DNA from: Rhizodiscina lignyota
Lineage: Eukaryota
NCBI GenBank assembly: GCA_010015805.1
Contig: ML978134.1
Span: 124,001-188,000, forward strand
DNA: 64,000 bases
Reading direction: 5' to 3'
Shown: positions 50,511 through 63,531 of the stretch, piece after piece
How the letters are laid out: the number at the start of each line of letters is the position of its first letter
Position numbering within the stretch: position 1 is the stretch's first letter
Made by a program: the position numbers and the translations under genes
Notes under the pieces: generated by a model
Seen by the model: the letters and a program-made list of their open reading frames with translations, nothing else
Told to the model about the DNA's origin: nothing
The model's database searches: none

Positions 50511-50942
50511 TTAGCACACGTAGAGCGAGATATTCTCCTTGTCAGAACAAGTCAACGTTTTGCCGCCGTTGAAGCCATTGGTTCCTGGGCAATCATCGCC
50601 CGCCACGACGCTGAACGGCAAGCCGATGTTGCCATTAACGCTGTTAACACTCCAATAGACCATCGGCGGCTGATCTGAGTAGCCCCAGATGAGCTTCGCG
50701 GTGTCGGGGGAATAGTAGTTTGGATTGGTGGTGACGCCGATGCTGTTACCGGTTCCCTGGTATGACTCGCTCCAGGTGCGTCCAGTAGGAAGCTTGAAGG
50801 TATGGGCAGTCTCCCCTGGGCCTGCGCGAGTGATGCTGACCCAGAGATCCTGCTTGCAGCGGTTGGTGACGCTCGCGCTGCCGGCATACGCAGAGGAAGC
50901 CATCGCGAGGAGCGCGACTGCAGAGAGAGATGCGAAATGCAT
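50511..50942 (-). CDS. Small secreted Bys1-like (thaumatin-like fold) protein, 143 aa
   Basis: Signal peptide; ASVTNRC, VYWSVNSVNG, TLTC, terminal SLYVC. Confidence 0.8.
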   Translation of the reverse strand: MHFASLSAVALLAMASSAYAGSASVTNRCKQDLWVSITRAGPGETAHTFKLPTGRTWSESYQGTGNSIGVTTNPNYYSPDTAKLIWGYSDQPPMVYWSVNSVNGNIGLPFSVVAGDDCPGTNGFNGGKTLTCSDKENISLYVC

Positions 50943-52084
50943 GATGAAGTGAATGGAGGTGTTCCTTGAAGAGCGATCGACTGAGGTTGGAGAAGCGTGA
51001 TCTGAACAGAGATTTCTAGTGAAGGAATGCTGTTCTTTCGGTCTGCGAGTTTGAAGGAGCGAGACAACGTACCTACATATACACGGCGCGAGTCCGCCCT
51101 CGACGCGGTCTGGGCCAATGGAATATGCCTCCATAATCAATCTCCGAGTAGTTGCACATTCAATAGACTGATCTCGCGCAGGACCTGTAGCAAACGTCGC
51201 AAATGCATCCATCCGTCCAAGCAAACACATGAATATCATGACCAGAGGCAAGGGGTGGCAATGCTTCGTTTCAATTGGTCTATCTGTACCACAATGCGCC
51301 ACAACCATGAGGGAATTAAGGTACGCTGCGTGCATCCGTCGCTCTAGGCGTGCACGTTGCGGTCCTTAGAGTGTTGCGGCTGAGATGGCGATCTGACCAA
51401 ACACGTGGATTGAGCCAATCGAATTCTAAGCCGTCGAACGACGGCGTACCAGAACAATGGAAAGTTAAGACCCAGTTCGTAGTCACTTGAAGCATCGAGG
51501 AACAAGGGAAGTGTACAACGAAAATGAAAGTGTAGGACCCTCACGCAACAAATATCTTTGAGGTGACATCCCCAATTCATATTGCCCTTGCGTATATCCC
51601 CACAAGCGTTTCAGGAAATTGCCGCTTCCGGTATTTGTGTTCCCAGGAACATCATGAGGCTTACTCCTTGGGCCCACAAAGCTCGAGCAAGGCATAAGAC
51701 ATAACTTGGAAGGTGATGTCAGTGTCTTGATGATCTCCTGTTACCGCCGCTCTGTAAGAGCAGCTTCTCACGCTGACCAACATGCCACGGCAATGCTTGT
51801 GAACAAGGAGTCCACATCTTCTGTGATGAACTTCGTCGGCCGAAAATCAGCTTCATTCTGTCAGCCTGCCATATCCAGACAGGAAAATGTGAACTTCTCG
51901 CAAGTACCCAAGTAGCGACCCCGCCCGTGGCATTACACAGACTAAGGACTCCGCCTCGCGCCGCTTCCGCTTTTTAACTCGTAACTGCTACGTAGTTGCC
52001 ATTTGAAGTACCTACCTTCAACTGAGGGACTTGAGCAATTCCGAGGTCTGAAATTCGCATCGTGACTTTGTACCATTCCAGACA

Positions 52085-53242
52085 ATGCTCCCCCGTGCAT
52101 CTTCGAAGATTTTTGGAGCCCGCTCCACTTTTTCCCGCTCGCGGGCCATTCGACTGCCTGCACCCCAGGCTGTTAAGTGGGCCGCTTGCATAAATAGGTA
52201 CTTGACGTCCACTACCCCGGATCCGCCCTGGAAATCTTCTGCGATTTCTCGAAAACTGCCGGATTATGATAGCGTTGAGGCTGGATATCGGTTCAGGGAG
52301 TTCGAGGTATCGTACCGTACGCAATTTACATTCTGGACTACTGAAAGCTGATCATCGTAGTTGGATGGGCGGGTGTTCGTTGTTACCGGAGGAGCTCAGG
52401 GATTAGGATTGACGATGGCCGAAGCACTAGTAGAGGCTGGCGGACATGGTATGCGCCTCTGATTCTGAAACCACAAATGGTTTTTCATTGACGTTTTATA
52501 GTGTACTGTCTCGATAGACAGGCCGAAGCAGCTCCGGAATTCTACGCGACGAAGGAGCAATTGGCGCAACACTTTCAGGGCTCTCTCAACTACAGACGTG
52601 TAGACGTTCAACATGCGAAGGAGCTGGATGAAGTTGTGGCAGAGATCGCCGGCGAACATCAGCGCATGGATGGCCTCGTCGCCGCAGCAGGCGTACAGAG
52701 AGTCACTCCAGCACTGGAATATCCTCCGGAGAAGATTACGGCTATGATGAATATCAACTACGGAGGCGTATATCTCTCCGCTGTCAGTTGCGCTCGACAG
52801 ATGATCAAGTACAAGACTCCTGGCGCAATGGTTCTAATCGGCTCCATGAGCGGACTCATTGCCAACAAAGGCTTCACCTCAACCGTCTATAACTCCTCCA
52901 AGGCTGCCGTCATCCAACTGGGCCGAAGTTTAGCTATGGAATGGGGAAAGATAGTCGACGGGAAGCCAATTCGAGTAAACGTGCTCTGTCCTGGCAACAT
53001 CATAACTCCGGTAGGTATGGCTACGCAATTTGTGACTCACGATATTAACTTGCTTGTAGATGGTCAGAAAGAATTTCGAGGATGACCCCGGACTTCGCGA
53101 GATTTGGGAGCGAGAAAACATGCTCGGTCGCATTTCTGAACCTCACGAATATCGAGGAGCTGTGCTCTTCATGCTGAGTGACGCGTCTTCATTCATGACT
53201 GGATCACATCTTGTGATCGACGGCGGCTATACTGCCTGGTAG
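52085..53242 (+). CDS. Short-chain dehydrogenase/reductase (D-arabinitol/sorbose reductase-like) with probable mitochondrial presequence, 4 exons
   Basis: [35 protein letters not shown]; Arg/Ser-rich N-terminus. Confidence 0.92.
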
Positions 53243-54166
53243 GCGGAACTTTCGCAGAGCACCAACTTGTGGCTATCGTAACGCTTAAGCTAAAAAAAAA
53301 ACTTGAAAGACATAAGATATACAAAGACTTTTGAGTGTGCCCCCAGACCCCAGTTCATGTGATCGTTCTTCCTGAGTAAGGTGTACACCGGTGTACACAG
53401 ATCCTGATGCTGTAGACTTGTTGAACGAGTCAGTCAACTGGCACGGCTCGGAGTCGCCGTGGGCTTCGGAGTCCTAATTTCCGATGCCTTTCTCCTTATT
53501 TTAGTGTCTATAATCGGCCAGGGAGCCCTCTCCTCCCTCGGCCCTCTCAATCCTTTAATTCACAAGCTTTCTAAGCCCTTTTCGAGACTGCTCACTATTT
53601 TCAACGATTTGATGTGAGATTCGTTCGACAAGACTTTACTTGGGTTCGGAAAATGTGCTGCAAATATCCAATTGCGGCGGCTCGAGTTCTATATGTGCGT
53701 ATGAAGAGAGAGAATCCTTCACAGCTTATGTAAAATCTCCAGAGCTCAGAATTGCAGCGAATCGATCGTTGTAAAGAAAATTGACATGAACGTGAACTGC
53801 TTCTCGATCTTCGATCACAGTACTGGAACCAAACGAAGCAGTTATGTGACCTGTGGGGCACAGTCCTTGCAGTACCATGCTAGAGAACGGGGAAATTCAG
53901 ACAATCCGGCGCATTCAAGATGAAACCACTTCGTTTTGCACTGTATACATATTGTTAGAATGAACTCTGAAATCCTCAAGATCTTGGGTGTTTGAGTGAC
54001 TCACCTGCTTTCCGTCGCAGCCCAGCATGACTGCTTCGTCAAATCCACCACAGCACTGCGACGTGTCCTTTCGCTTCAAAGTAGCATCGGCGTATAGAGT
54101 ACGGCTCTGGTCTCCAGGCTTGCTAAGAAATTGGTGTAGCATTTGACGAGGGTCCTCGAATGTGAA

Positions 54167-55578
54167 TCAAAATTTCTTGTCACGATCCTCCTGATGGTAG
54201 AAAGAAAGCTTGAGCTTCATCACACGCGCCATGTCGGGTTTGCTCTGACCACGCAAAGCAGGGCGGCTTTCAAGCCATTTGAGCATCTTCTCGAAAAGGG
54301 CTTCTTGAACTTCAGTAAGATTCGAGGCGCCTGAAAAGTGGCCGTCTATGTCCCCGGAAATAATCTTGTTCTGGACGAATTTGTCCTTTACATGGACGTG
54401 GATGGTAATTTGATCCAGACAGTACGGCACGAGGTTATGCAGATCTGGCTCGAGCTTCGGCAACGTGGTGTAGGCAGGCAATGTGATAGCCTTTGCGGTC
54501 ATTGGTGCACTGGAAAAATCCACTACAATGCCACTCGCGATCTGTGCATCCGTAAAGGCGGCGTCAATGTCTCCGAAAAATACGCCGTCATGCTCAAGCC
54601 AGACTTCGATATGTCCAAAGAGCTGTTCGGCGAGGCTGCTGGCAGTAGCTCCTGGAGGCAGGTAGTCCATGACTCTCAGTGCTGGGTGCATGCGCTGGAC
54701 ATTTTCCGGAGGACCAAGGAAGACCTCAAAGTGGATTTGTCGCTTGAACTGCGTCAGATTTTGCACTCGGCCGCGAGGGATCCTCCTATTTATTGAGGAT
54801 GCAATTGCGCTTCGGACGTCGTGATACGTCATATCCGTATCTGCCTCGGGCTTTTCAAGTACACTAAACTTGAAATCAACCCAGCGGTCGAACATGCCCA
54901 GAGTTCGGGCTACGAAGGGTAACTTTAGCTCAAGAATGCTCTGTGGCATTGGCGGGGCTCGGTGACAACAGCCTGACGTTTGGGCGCTGATGGGACGATT
55001 GTCGCCTCCAACAGCTCCGAAAGCTGGTGAAAGACTCTTGGGCGACGGAGTAATATCTGCCGAGCTCGATGGAGTAGCACCTGTAGGAGCCGGTGATACC
55101 AGTTTTGCTCGCTTTTGCGGCGGTGTAGGCGTGCTTTCTCCAATGTCGTAGTCCGAGGGGGACGACTCCAAGAGGAGTTGCACCTGACGCTTCGCAACGT
55201 GGCGATTGGACGCAGAATTCCTTTTGGCCACTTGGCTTTGGCGAGAGATGAAGCGCGCATAGACTTTTAGAGCGTTGTTTTTGGCCAGCTTAAAGTAATC
55301 GCCTTTATCCCACTTCGGAGCTGAGATTCTGCTGCCATAACTCCACTGATGTGTGTAAATCCACAGGTCGTAGGTGTTTGCGTCCTTTGCGTATATTTCA
55401 TAGCCGCTTTCCAACAGCTCCTGCAAGTGTATCAGCTAGATGAAGATGATCATGTGAAGGGGTTTGCTCTCACCTTGTACGTCAAAGCGTCTCCAATAAC
55501 GACCGCAAAGCCATCATTAGATTCCTCAAATAGCAGAAGCTCTACTACTTCACAGTGGCTGTCGGGCTTGGAAGCCAT
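54167..55578 (-). CDS. Hypothetical protein of unknown family (~450 aa), 2 exons
   Basis: MASKPDSHCEVVELLLFEE...LTYK|ELLESGY joined by a GTGAG..CAG intron to a 419-codon ORF; NLS-like PPQKRAKL. Confidence 0.7.
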
Positions 55579-56649
55579 TATCAATGAGATCTTCATGCGT
55601 AAGGGGAGGAGAAGAGTGAGGTTGAGAGAACAAGGTATAAGGTTGAAAGGAAGAAGTGTGGGGTGTATATAGCATTAGGCAGCCGCGAAAGATCGAAGAG
55701 AAGGCTTCAGATCTCAAACGAGTGAATTGAAGGCAGCAGTTTAGTAAACTGCAGAAACTGAAGCACAAGTGAAGTAACCGACCAAGTTAATTTGTTGGCG
55801 GTTATAAATGGCGTAGCGAGTGAATGTTACGACTTCTACGACATAGGGTACTGAGAAGTTTAAGGAGGCGGAGATGGCGCGTTGAACCAGCGGGCTCGAG
55901 TCAGATACCAGGGAACCTGGATTGATACTGGGAGCTAGGTACACTCCCAGCACAAGCGGAGGGCAGTTGGAGGTTGGTTGAAGTTGTGAATCGTCACGCT
56001 CCAGAATGCGCAAATTGACAAATTCGAAGGAGTTCGCTCGCAATTTTCGGCGGCTCTAGCAAGAGCAGGTTCATGAATCGTAGTGGTTCGAGGCCAGATT
56101 TGCCATGATCAAGTGACGACAGCTAACATGATCAATGCCATGTTAGTACACCCGACTGAGACAGTGGGAATCAATCCATTAACAATTTGCTGAAGTCGGA
56201 GTCTTACGGCTTGATACACTTCCAGCATGAGCAAACTGATAGGTTCTGGCAGGTTTGCCGGCGGACAGAGTCCGCTCAAGTTGGAACAGCTAATACAGCC
56301 AGCGGCGCAAAGCTTTAACCCAGTCAGGAACTGTTGCCCTGGCGTCTTCGCCTCTATTTTGAAGATTTCGATACATCCGCTGTTAAGCACACAGAGAAGC
56401 AGCAGGACAGAAAATCAAGGAGATTGATCGAGGAGAGAAACCTACGAGGAGACAAAAGGCGACATGTGCGAGATATATGCAGTGCAGAGTGCTGACGTCG
56501 GTGGCGTGGCGGCGCACCTTACAGCTCCTGACATCTGCAGCTCCTCCGTGTAAATGTATGTAGTGAAAGGCAACCGTGACATAATTGCGACTTTAATATG
56601 GAGCATAGACGTTGAATTTGTTGTTGAAATGCACATATTTTTAACACTT

Positions 56650-57674
56650 GCACCTTTGGCATAGATATTTTCACACGCCCAATTCGGCAATGTATATTTG
56701 GCTTTGCGATGCCTCAAGAAGCATCATCATTACCACAGTGAGGTGCTGTGCTCATGGGAAGGCCAACATATGTCTAAGTCTCGAAAGATTGATTGTGAAT
56801 TCGACAAAAACAATGTCATTCACTTGCCGGACACGCATCAAATGGACAGGATCCCTCAACATGTCTAAGCGTAGACCTCGAACGCTTTGCCCAAACCAGC
56901 GAGGACGAAGATAAAGAAATGGATGGATACCAGTATTTTCCGTTCATTCTTCCAGGATGGATTTCTCGAGCCTCGCGTGGCAAGCAAAGTCAGTCGTCGT
57001 TCAACATTCTCCAGGCAATTGACAGACAAGCGTTGCGAGTAATTCCGAATCATTTCCCTGGGTAGGTACGTATATTCCTCTTTCCGTTCGTTCTTCGGGT
57101 ATCCACATCGATGGATGCTGTTGTCAATCTACGGTTGGCATCAACTTTATACAGTCTAAAGCCTTCGCCGCACCTTTATATGACTCTAGCACGGCATAGT
57201 TGGGATATACCAAGTTCGTGCCCAGTCCGATGTGGCAACTTTTGATCGGTAGCCGTAAGTGAATAGTCGGGGAGCTGATCGAATGTATGCATTGTGTCGG
57301 CGTCCAAGGTACGTTGCAATCACAAGCGATAGTCATCGTCAGCTTCGAATCCACTTGCCTCCAGGTTGTCGCGATTCTGGCTTTGATGATAACTTATGCA
57401 ATTTGGTGTTACAAACACTGTCTGCAAGGACACATTCGGGATGAGCCTTCAATGTGGATTAGGCTATCTCACAGCCAACAAACATTGCTGACGAGAGACA
57501 GGTTGGAGTAACCATTACACGAAAGACTAGGCTGTTGTCGACGGATTTATTTCCCCGGTGATGCTCTTGATAGTAACGACTGTTGACTTTACTCTAACGG
57601 GTATGGTGCTATTCATCTTCTTTGTGGAGTCCCACTGGAGACGGACGAAGAATGCGGAAGTCCACCAATTCTAG
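56650..57674 (+). pseudogene. Decayed MFS transporter (HOL1-like drug/amine transporter family)
   Basis: Ordered fragments GKQSQSSFNILQAID, INFIQSKAFAAPLYDSSTA*LGYTKF (TAG at 57197-57199), AIVIVSFESTCLQVVAILALMITYAIWCYK and GFISPVMLL...RRTKNAEVHQF* resemble the C-terminal half of that family as recalled. 5' boundary approximate. Confidence 0.6.
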
Positions 57675-58231
57675 AGTATCTCGTCAGCCCTTGAAGTTAC
57701 AAGGCTATGTGATCATCCCGCGGTCGGATGATAGAATCTAGCCCTCGAATCATTGTGTGAGACAAATAGTAATATGTGGGTATTCGTATTGGCTTCGGTC
57801 GCTTCTTCTGTCGCCGTGGCCCGTGTGGGCTGCAAAATAAGGTATGGTCACGGAGCATTTGGCCTTCGGGTCGTCATTATTCGGGCTCTTGATGTTCTGC
57901 ATGCTTAGGGATTCTGGAAATGGAATAATGCTTTTGCAGTGAGTAAAAGGCCTCACTTGAGTTAATTCCACGTGGATACAGAAGAGTGAAGGTGATGCGA
58001 AGTGCCGCTGAAGACGAGCAGCTGCCCCACGGTCCAAGATCTCCGGCCGCCGAACCCCTGAACACCCAACAACTGCCGATGCGGTCCAACGCTCAAATGT
58101 CATGAACAACTGATCGTCCGATGGCAAACCACAGCTCATAAATGTGTTGGCCATGCTCTATTCACTACCGAAAGCGAGAAAGCCCTCAATCTCTCAATTG
58201 AGGCATCGTGCATTGTTAATTCCTGCTCGCA

Positions 58232-59472
58232 ATGGCCACAGAAACGCAGACTGAGCCCGCGCCACCGGGCTTCAAGCAATGGAAACAAGATATCACCAAT
58301 GGCGTAAGCTTTCTAACAAAATGGAAAATGTATTTGACCAAGCTGATTGGAGCGCAAATAGGCAATAAGTCGTGAGCCTTCGCCGAACCGTGGCGCCTCC
58401 GTTCCAGATACCAAAGCTATCGGTGACGATCGAGAGAGCATCACACAATGGCGGCAAAGAAACAACATCGATCCTTCGAAGCAAGTACGGCTCGTCAAAT
58501 TGGCACATATGCGATACCAGCACCCCGACCTTGCCCAGATCACCACATTCTTGCGCGACTTTGGCATGCATGTTGTCAAGAGAACAGAAGACAAGATATG
58601 GTACAGGGGTTATGGTCCAGATCAATATGTCTACTATGCGCAGAAGGGACCAAAAAAGTTTATGGGAGGAACATATGAAGTGGAGAGTTATGAGGACTTG
58701 GAGAAGGCCTCGAAGATTGAGGGCGCCACCCAAATTGAGAAGCTGGATGATGCGCCCGGAGGTGGCTACCTAGTATCAGTGAACGATCCAGAGGGCTTCC
58801 CAGTCAACTTCATGTTTGGACAAGAGCCAGCCGAGACAGGAAAGCTCCCAGAGAAGCTTTTGTACAACTTTGAAGAAGATAAGCCGCGGGTTCGGGAATT
58901 CCAGCGCTTTCAACCTGGCCCCGCCGCCGTTCATAAGGTTTGTTTCGAGTGTTATGCATGTATTAGTTTCTTGCTAATAATCTTATCAGCTTGGCCACTA
59001 TGGATTGTGCGTGCTGAACTTCGACGACCAGATGAAGTGGTACACACAGAATTTCAACCTCGTGCCAACGGACTTCCTCCATGTTCCCGGCGAGGGAGGG
59101 AAGAACAAGAATGTGGCTCTCTTTGCCCACATCGACAGGGGACAGGGCTATGTCGACCACCATACATTCTTCATGTCAACAAATCCAACGTCACATGTTC
59201 ACCACTGCTCATTCGAAGTACACGATTTCGACACACAACAGCTCGGTCACGCATGGCTGGATAAGAAAGGATACACCTCAGTTTGGGGCGTTGGACGCCA
59301 TATCCTCGGCAGTCAGTTATTCGACTACTGGTGGGATACAACTGGTAATATGGTCGAGCATTACGCGGACGGCGATCAGATCAACGAAGATACCCCAATT
59401 AGTTACGGTCCTGCAGGGCACGAGAGTCTCGCTATCTGGGGTCCAGAAGTACCCAAGTGGTTCCTGGATTAG
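58232..59472 (+). CDS. VOC-superfamily extradiol ring-cleavage dioxygenase (trihydroxytoluene oxygenase-like), 3 exons
   Basis: KLAHMRYQHPDL, DPEGFP, VHK|LGHYG, DHHTFF, HVHHCSFE, WGVGRHILGSQLFDYWWD, VEHYADGD. Confidence 0.92.
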
Positions 59473-59609
59473 CCGCCACAGATTTGCGCTAACGTTTCTT
59501 AATATTATGAAGATACTGATTTGAATTATAACATATCATATCTCGAAATTTGAATCACATGAGGGCTGAGACAGATATCCCTTCTCCATGTACTTATTCC
59601 TCGACGTTC

Positions 59610-60577
59610 TCAGTATTCTTCGTATCGAACCTCGTTTACCAAGGTACCAATCTTCTCGATTTCGATCCTGATGTCTCCTCCGTCTTCCAACACCACGCGT
59701 GGCTGGCGGAAGAAGCCGATTCCAGCCGGAGTGCCGGTCAAGAAGATTGTACCCGCTTCTAACGTTGTGCCCTGCGATAGGTAAGAGATCTGCTTCTTGA
59801 TATCAAATATCATGTCTTTCGTGTGACCATCTTGAACGGTCTGTCCATTGTAGATGGCCTTGATCCCAAGCGTCTGTGGATCTTTAATTACGCTGCTTGA
59901 GACGAGGACCGGACCTACAAGCTATGAGATCTTCTGAAAGAGTACTCAATCGAACTAAACTGACCGATTGGACAAGAGTTGTCTAAACCCTTGGACATTG
60001 ACCACTGAGTTGTAATCATCTGCAGCGTTCGTGCTGACACATCATTCGAAGAAGTGTAGCCAAGCACGTAGTCGAGAGCCTCGTCTTCTGGAATATCACG
60101 ACCGCTCTTGCCTATGACGAGACATAGCTCTGCCTCATAGTCACTCGTGCCATCTTGAGCGCATTTCGGAATGGTAATTGCTGCCGGCCAGGGGTCGGTC
60201 AGTGAGCTACGAGGCTTGGTGAATAAGATCGGAGCTTTTGGCAGTGCCATATTTGCTTCCTGCGCGGCTCATTCAGCATATGATCTTATATCGGCGACTG
60301 GAAGTGGTCTTACTGCCGCATGATCCTTGTAATTGAGCCCAAGGCATCGAATATAGCTGCATTGCTCCCGGCTTACAGGCGAAAGGAGCTTCTTAACAGT
60401 GTAGACATGCTTGGTGATCTTTCCGCTGAAAATATCTCCGTTGATCAGATATGCTTTAATGTCAACGCCATTGACACTGTCCAGACCAACATCTCTTGAT
60501 ATGTCAACAAGCTGACCGAGATGAGTCTGGTCATCTTCGACCGCGACGAAGCGGATCAGGTGCGTCCACTCTGGCAT
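59610..60577 (-). CDS. Fumarylacetoacetate hydrolase (FAH) family protein, 3 exons
   Basis: RCLGLNYKDHA, PILFTKP, DYEAEL, NDVSAR, SKGLD, LTGTPAGIG. Confidence 0.94.
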
Positions 60578-61041
60578 GCTGGAAAATTGTAAATTCGATG
60601 ATGTTGAAGACTACAGAACTTCGCGGCTAAAATAATTTGTGTACCTGACCGGGTCTTTACCATCGTCGGCAGTTGTTTTCGCTGTCTTCTATTTGCGCCG
60701 ACCAAATTGCGGAGATGGCCCGCAATCAGCGAATCGTCCGTGTGGGGACAATTCGCCCGCCTCGCATCTGCACGTGCCTCCTCCTCTCTTACATACGAAA
60801 CCCCAGGAATTGGAATCAGGACCCTCGTCTTACATCTCTCTACCGCCACTCGCTGCACTCGCTGAGCAGTCTTACATCGACGAATCAGATAGGCTATTGA
60901 TCGTACCCCGGCACTAAGAAAAGACAGCTCGAACACAATGTTGCGCCGACTTTTTTCCCCTCCAGCTGGAGACTTATGTAGCACAGGACTGCAAATGCAG
61001 CCATCTCCAATTCAAGACCCAGAGTTGTAATCAACAACAGT

Positions 61042-62928
61042 ATGGAAAATCCTCAAACCACCGATGTACTAATTTGCGGATGCGGACCAACCGGGGCACT
61101 GCTTTCCACATTACTAGGCCGATACGGCGTTCCAAACATTGTACTCGAACGTGAGCTTGAGATCACCCAAGACGCTCGCGGAGCCGGCCTTGATGAGGAT
61201 GGCATTCGTTATCTTCAAGCTTGCGGGATATACGACAAAGTCTTCACAGACATCGGCCATTGCATGGGCAATCTATTCTTTCTCAGCGGTGCACATCACG
61301 ACTTACACCGTAAACCGATGATGAAGATGACTTATAGTACGACTGAAGGGGGCACCGGACATCCAGGCTTCATATTCCACAAACAACCACGCATTGAGAA
61401 GCATCTTAGAGCAAAGATGGCAGCCTCAGGATTTTCCGAGTTGCGAGTTGGAGCGACAGTTTGCTCGATCAGAGAAGACGACGACTGGGTGTACGCTACG
61501 TATTCCGATCCTGAAGGCAAAGAGCACCATGTGCGGAGCAAATTCTTCGTCGGCTGTGATGGGAAAACTGGCTTTACACGGAAGATGTACCTGGAACCGC
61601 GCGGCGTCTCCTTGGACCGAGCACATAAAGTCACGTACGATGAAGTTTGGGTCGCTATGAATTTGAAGTTGTCACTACCAACGCCACAATCGCATCCAGA
61701 CTTTCCACTTTGGGCTAAAGGATACACGCCTCAAGAGGTCTATGACCTGTTCTTTCCGTTCAATTTCCGTTTTCTTTGCAATCCATCTCGAGCAGCAGTC
61801 TGCGGGCGACTGGGCCGTCCCGACGACCGACTCTGGCGCTTCGAGTTTGTCATCCTCCCGGGCGAAGACGGTGCGGAAATGGCGAGCGTAGAGTCTATTA
61901 GACGAGTTGTGTATCCATATCTCAAGCACCCTGGGCGACGATATGGCCTCAGCAAGGACGTCTCTTATCCCGAAGACTGCATAGAAGTGCTAAGAAGCCG
62001 CCCATTCCTTTTCAATGCTCGAAGCTGCAACAAATGGGCCCTCGATCGAGTCATACTAGCTGGGGATGCTGCCCACGTCTTTCCTCCCTTTGGGGGCCAA
62101 GGCATAGCCTCTGGTTTTCGCGATGCCATTTCTCTCGCCTGGAGGCTTGTCCTTGCTACCCAACAAGCGTCATCAAACGGCCAACCTCCAGACTTTCGTA
62201 GACTCTTCCTCGGGTGGTATTCGGAAAGAAAGCAGCAACTGGATGACTCCCTCGCTGCTACGGTCGAGAATGGTAACTACGTTACCGCAACTGACCCCCT
62301 CCAGATTTTCATTCGAGACTGGAGTCTCTGGTTTATGCAATTGATTCCGAGCTGGAGGCACTGGCTTGAGCTCGGCGGCCGTCGAGATGGAATGACAAAA
62401 TATCGCTGGGAGGCCGACAAGGACATGGTCTTTTTACCAGAGCTTTCCGGTGGCGTCAATTGTCCTCAGGTGTACTGCCGTCAGATAAGCAAAGATGCGC
62501 GGGTGCAATTCACGGACGATGTCATCTTTGCTCACGACAAGGCAGCTTTATTCCAGGTCCTTGTACTCCTACCCGATATACATCAACTCGACGAAGTTAC
62601 TGAGGCTCTGAAAGGAATCGAAGATGTATCCAGTTGCATACTAAGGGCAAATGAAGCGACTATCATTATTCAGTCGACGACGACCTTGCCATATCACGAA
62701 GCTGATGTAGCAGTATATCGTCTTGCTTCCGGAGAAGAGTTTGCAAATGACGAGTTCTTGTGCGGAGGCCGACCCAAACCAGAAGGTTACGACCCGCATC
62801 GGATTTCGAAGGAGGTCAGCGGTAGACGATATGTCATCCTCCGTCCAGATCGCTTTGTGTTCGCCGCATGTAATACGAAAGATGAGCTCCACGCCGCGGC
62901 CAAACAGCTCGCTCTACTCGCTATATAG
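61042..62928 (+). CDS. FAD-dependent aromatic monooxygenase, MhpA-like (3-(3-hydroxyphenyl)propionate hydroxylase family), single exon
   Basis: GCGPTG dinucleotide fold, VGCDG, LAGDAAHVFPPFGGQG, C-terminal ILRPDRFVF. Confidence 0.93.
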   Translation: MENPQTTDVLICGCGPTGALLSTLLGRYGVPNIVLERELEITQDARGAGLDEDGIRYLQACGIYDKVFTDIGHCMGNLFFLSGAHHDLHRKPMMKMTYSTTEGGTGHPGFIFHKQPRIEKHLRAKMAASGFSELRVGATVCSIREDDDWVYATYSDPEGKEHHVRSKFFVGCDGKTGFTRKMYLEPRGVSLDRAHKVTYDEVWVAMNLKLSLPTPQSHPDFPLWAKGYTPQEVYDLFFPFNFRFLCNPSRAAVCGRLGRPDDRLWRFEFVILPGEDGAEMASVESIRRVVYPYLKHPGRRYGLSKDVSYPEDCIEVLRSRPFLFNARSCNKWALDRVILAGDAAHVFPPFGGQGIASGFRDAISLAWRLVLATQQASSNGQPPDFRRLFLGWYSERKQQLDDSLAATVENGNYVTATDPLQIFIRDWSLWFMQLIPSWRHWLELGGRRDGMTKYRWEADKDMVFLPELSGGVNCPQVYCRQISKDARVQFTDDVIFAHDKAALFQVLVLLPDIHQLDEVTEALKGIEDVSSCILRANEATIIIQSTTTLPYHEADVAVYRLASGEEFANDEFLCGGRPKPEGYDPHRISKEVSGRRYVILRPDRFVFAACNTKDELHAAAKQLALLAI

Positions 62929-63531
62929 TATCAAAACCGGATCTCAGAAGTGAACAATCGATTGTCCCCCACGAAATGAGGCATTGATTGAATAAGCAGC
63001 CGGATCTTCGGCGGTCCAATTTCGGTCTCGGGTGTTGGAGTACTAAAGAGGTGAGCTTACCTGGGCCCCCATCATAAATTTCAACTAGTTACAAGAAGAT
63101 TGTATGATATAATAGAGAATTTCCTGATATGTAATAGCCAAACCATTTGATTCGATGCTCTCAATGCCCTTCAAAGATGCGATCCTGAATGGTTATTGCT
63201 GACATTCATATCATGACTGTTATGAGCTTACTTGGCAGGTCTTCCTTCTTTGGATGTAGATAGGTATGGAAAGATCTAACTATTCAAGCGTTTGCGGCCG
63301 CCTACGAGCTCAAAACTCGTGCGGAAACAAGCCACTCCCGCCGCTACAGTTCTTTTATCCGCACATGCATGTATATTCCTAACACTTCCCCACATCCAGA
63401 ATGCCGGAAGAAACATTCTGCCATAATTAGTTATATTACTTACAGGTAGTCAAAATGTCGATTTCGAGGCTGCAATACAAATTGCCAGCCATAAAAACAA
63501 GTCGCAGTCCACACCGCTGCTAGACAAGACC

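Noticed and set aside
51725..51780. TGATGA...TTACCGCCGCT...CTGA resembling a snoRNA guide to 18S rRNA
   Set aside because: The guide is mismatched and the element is too short; likely chance.
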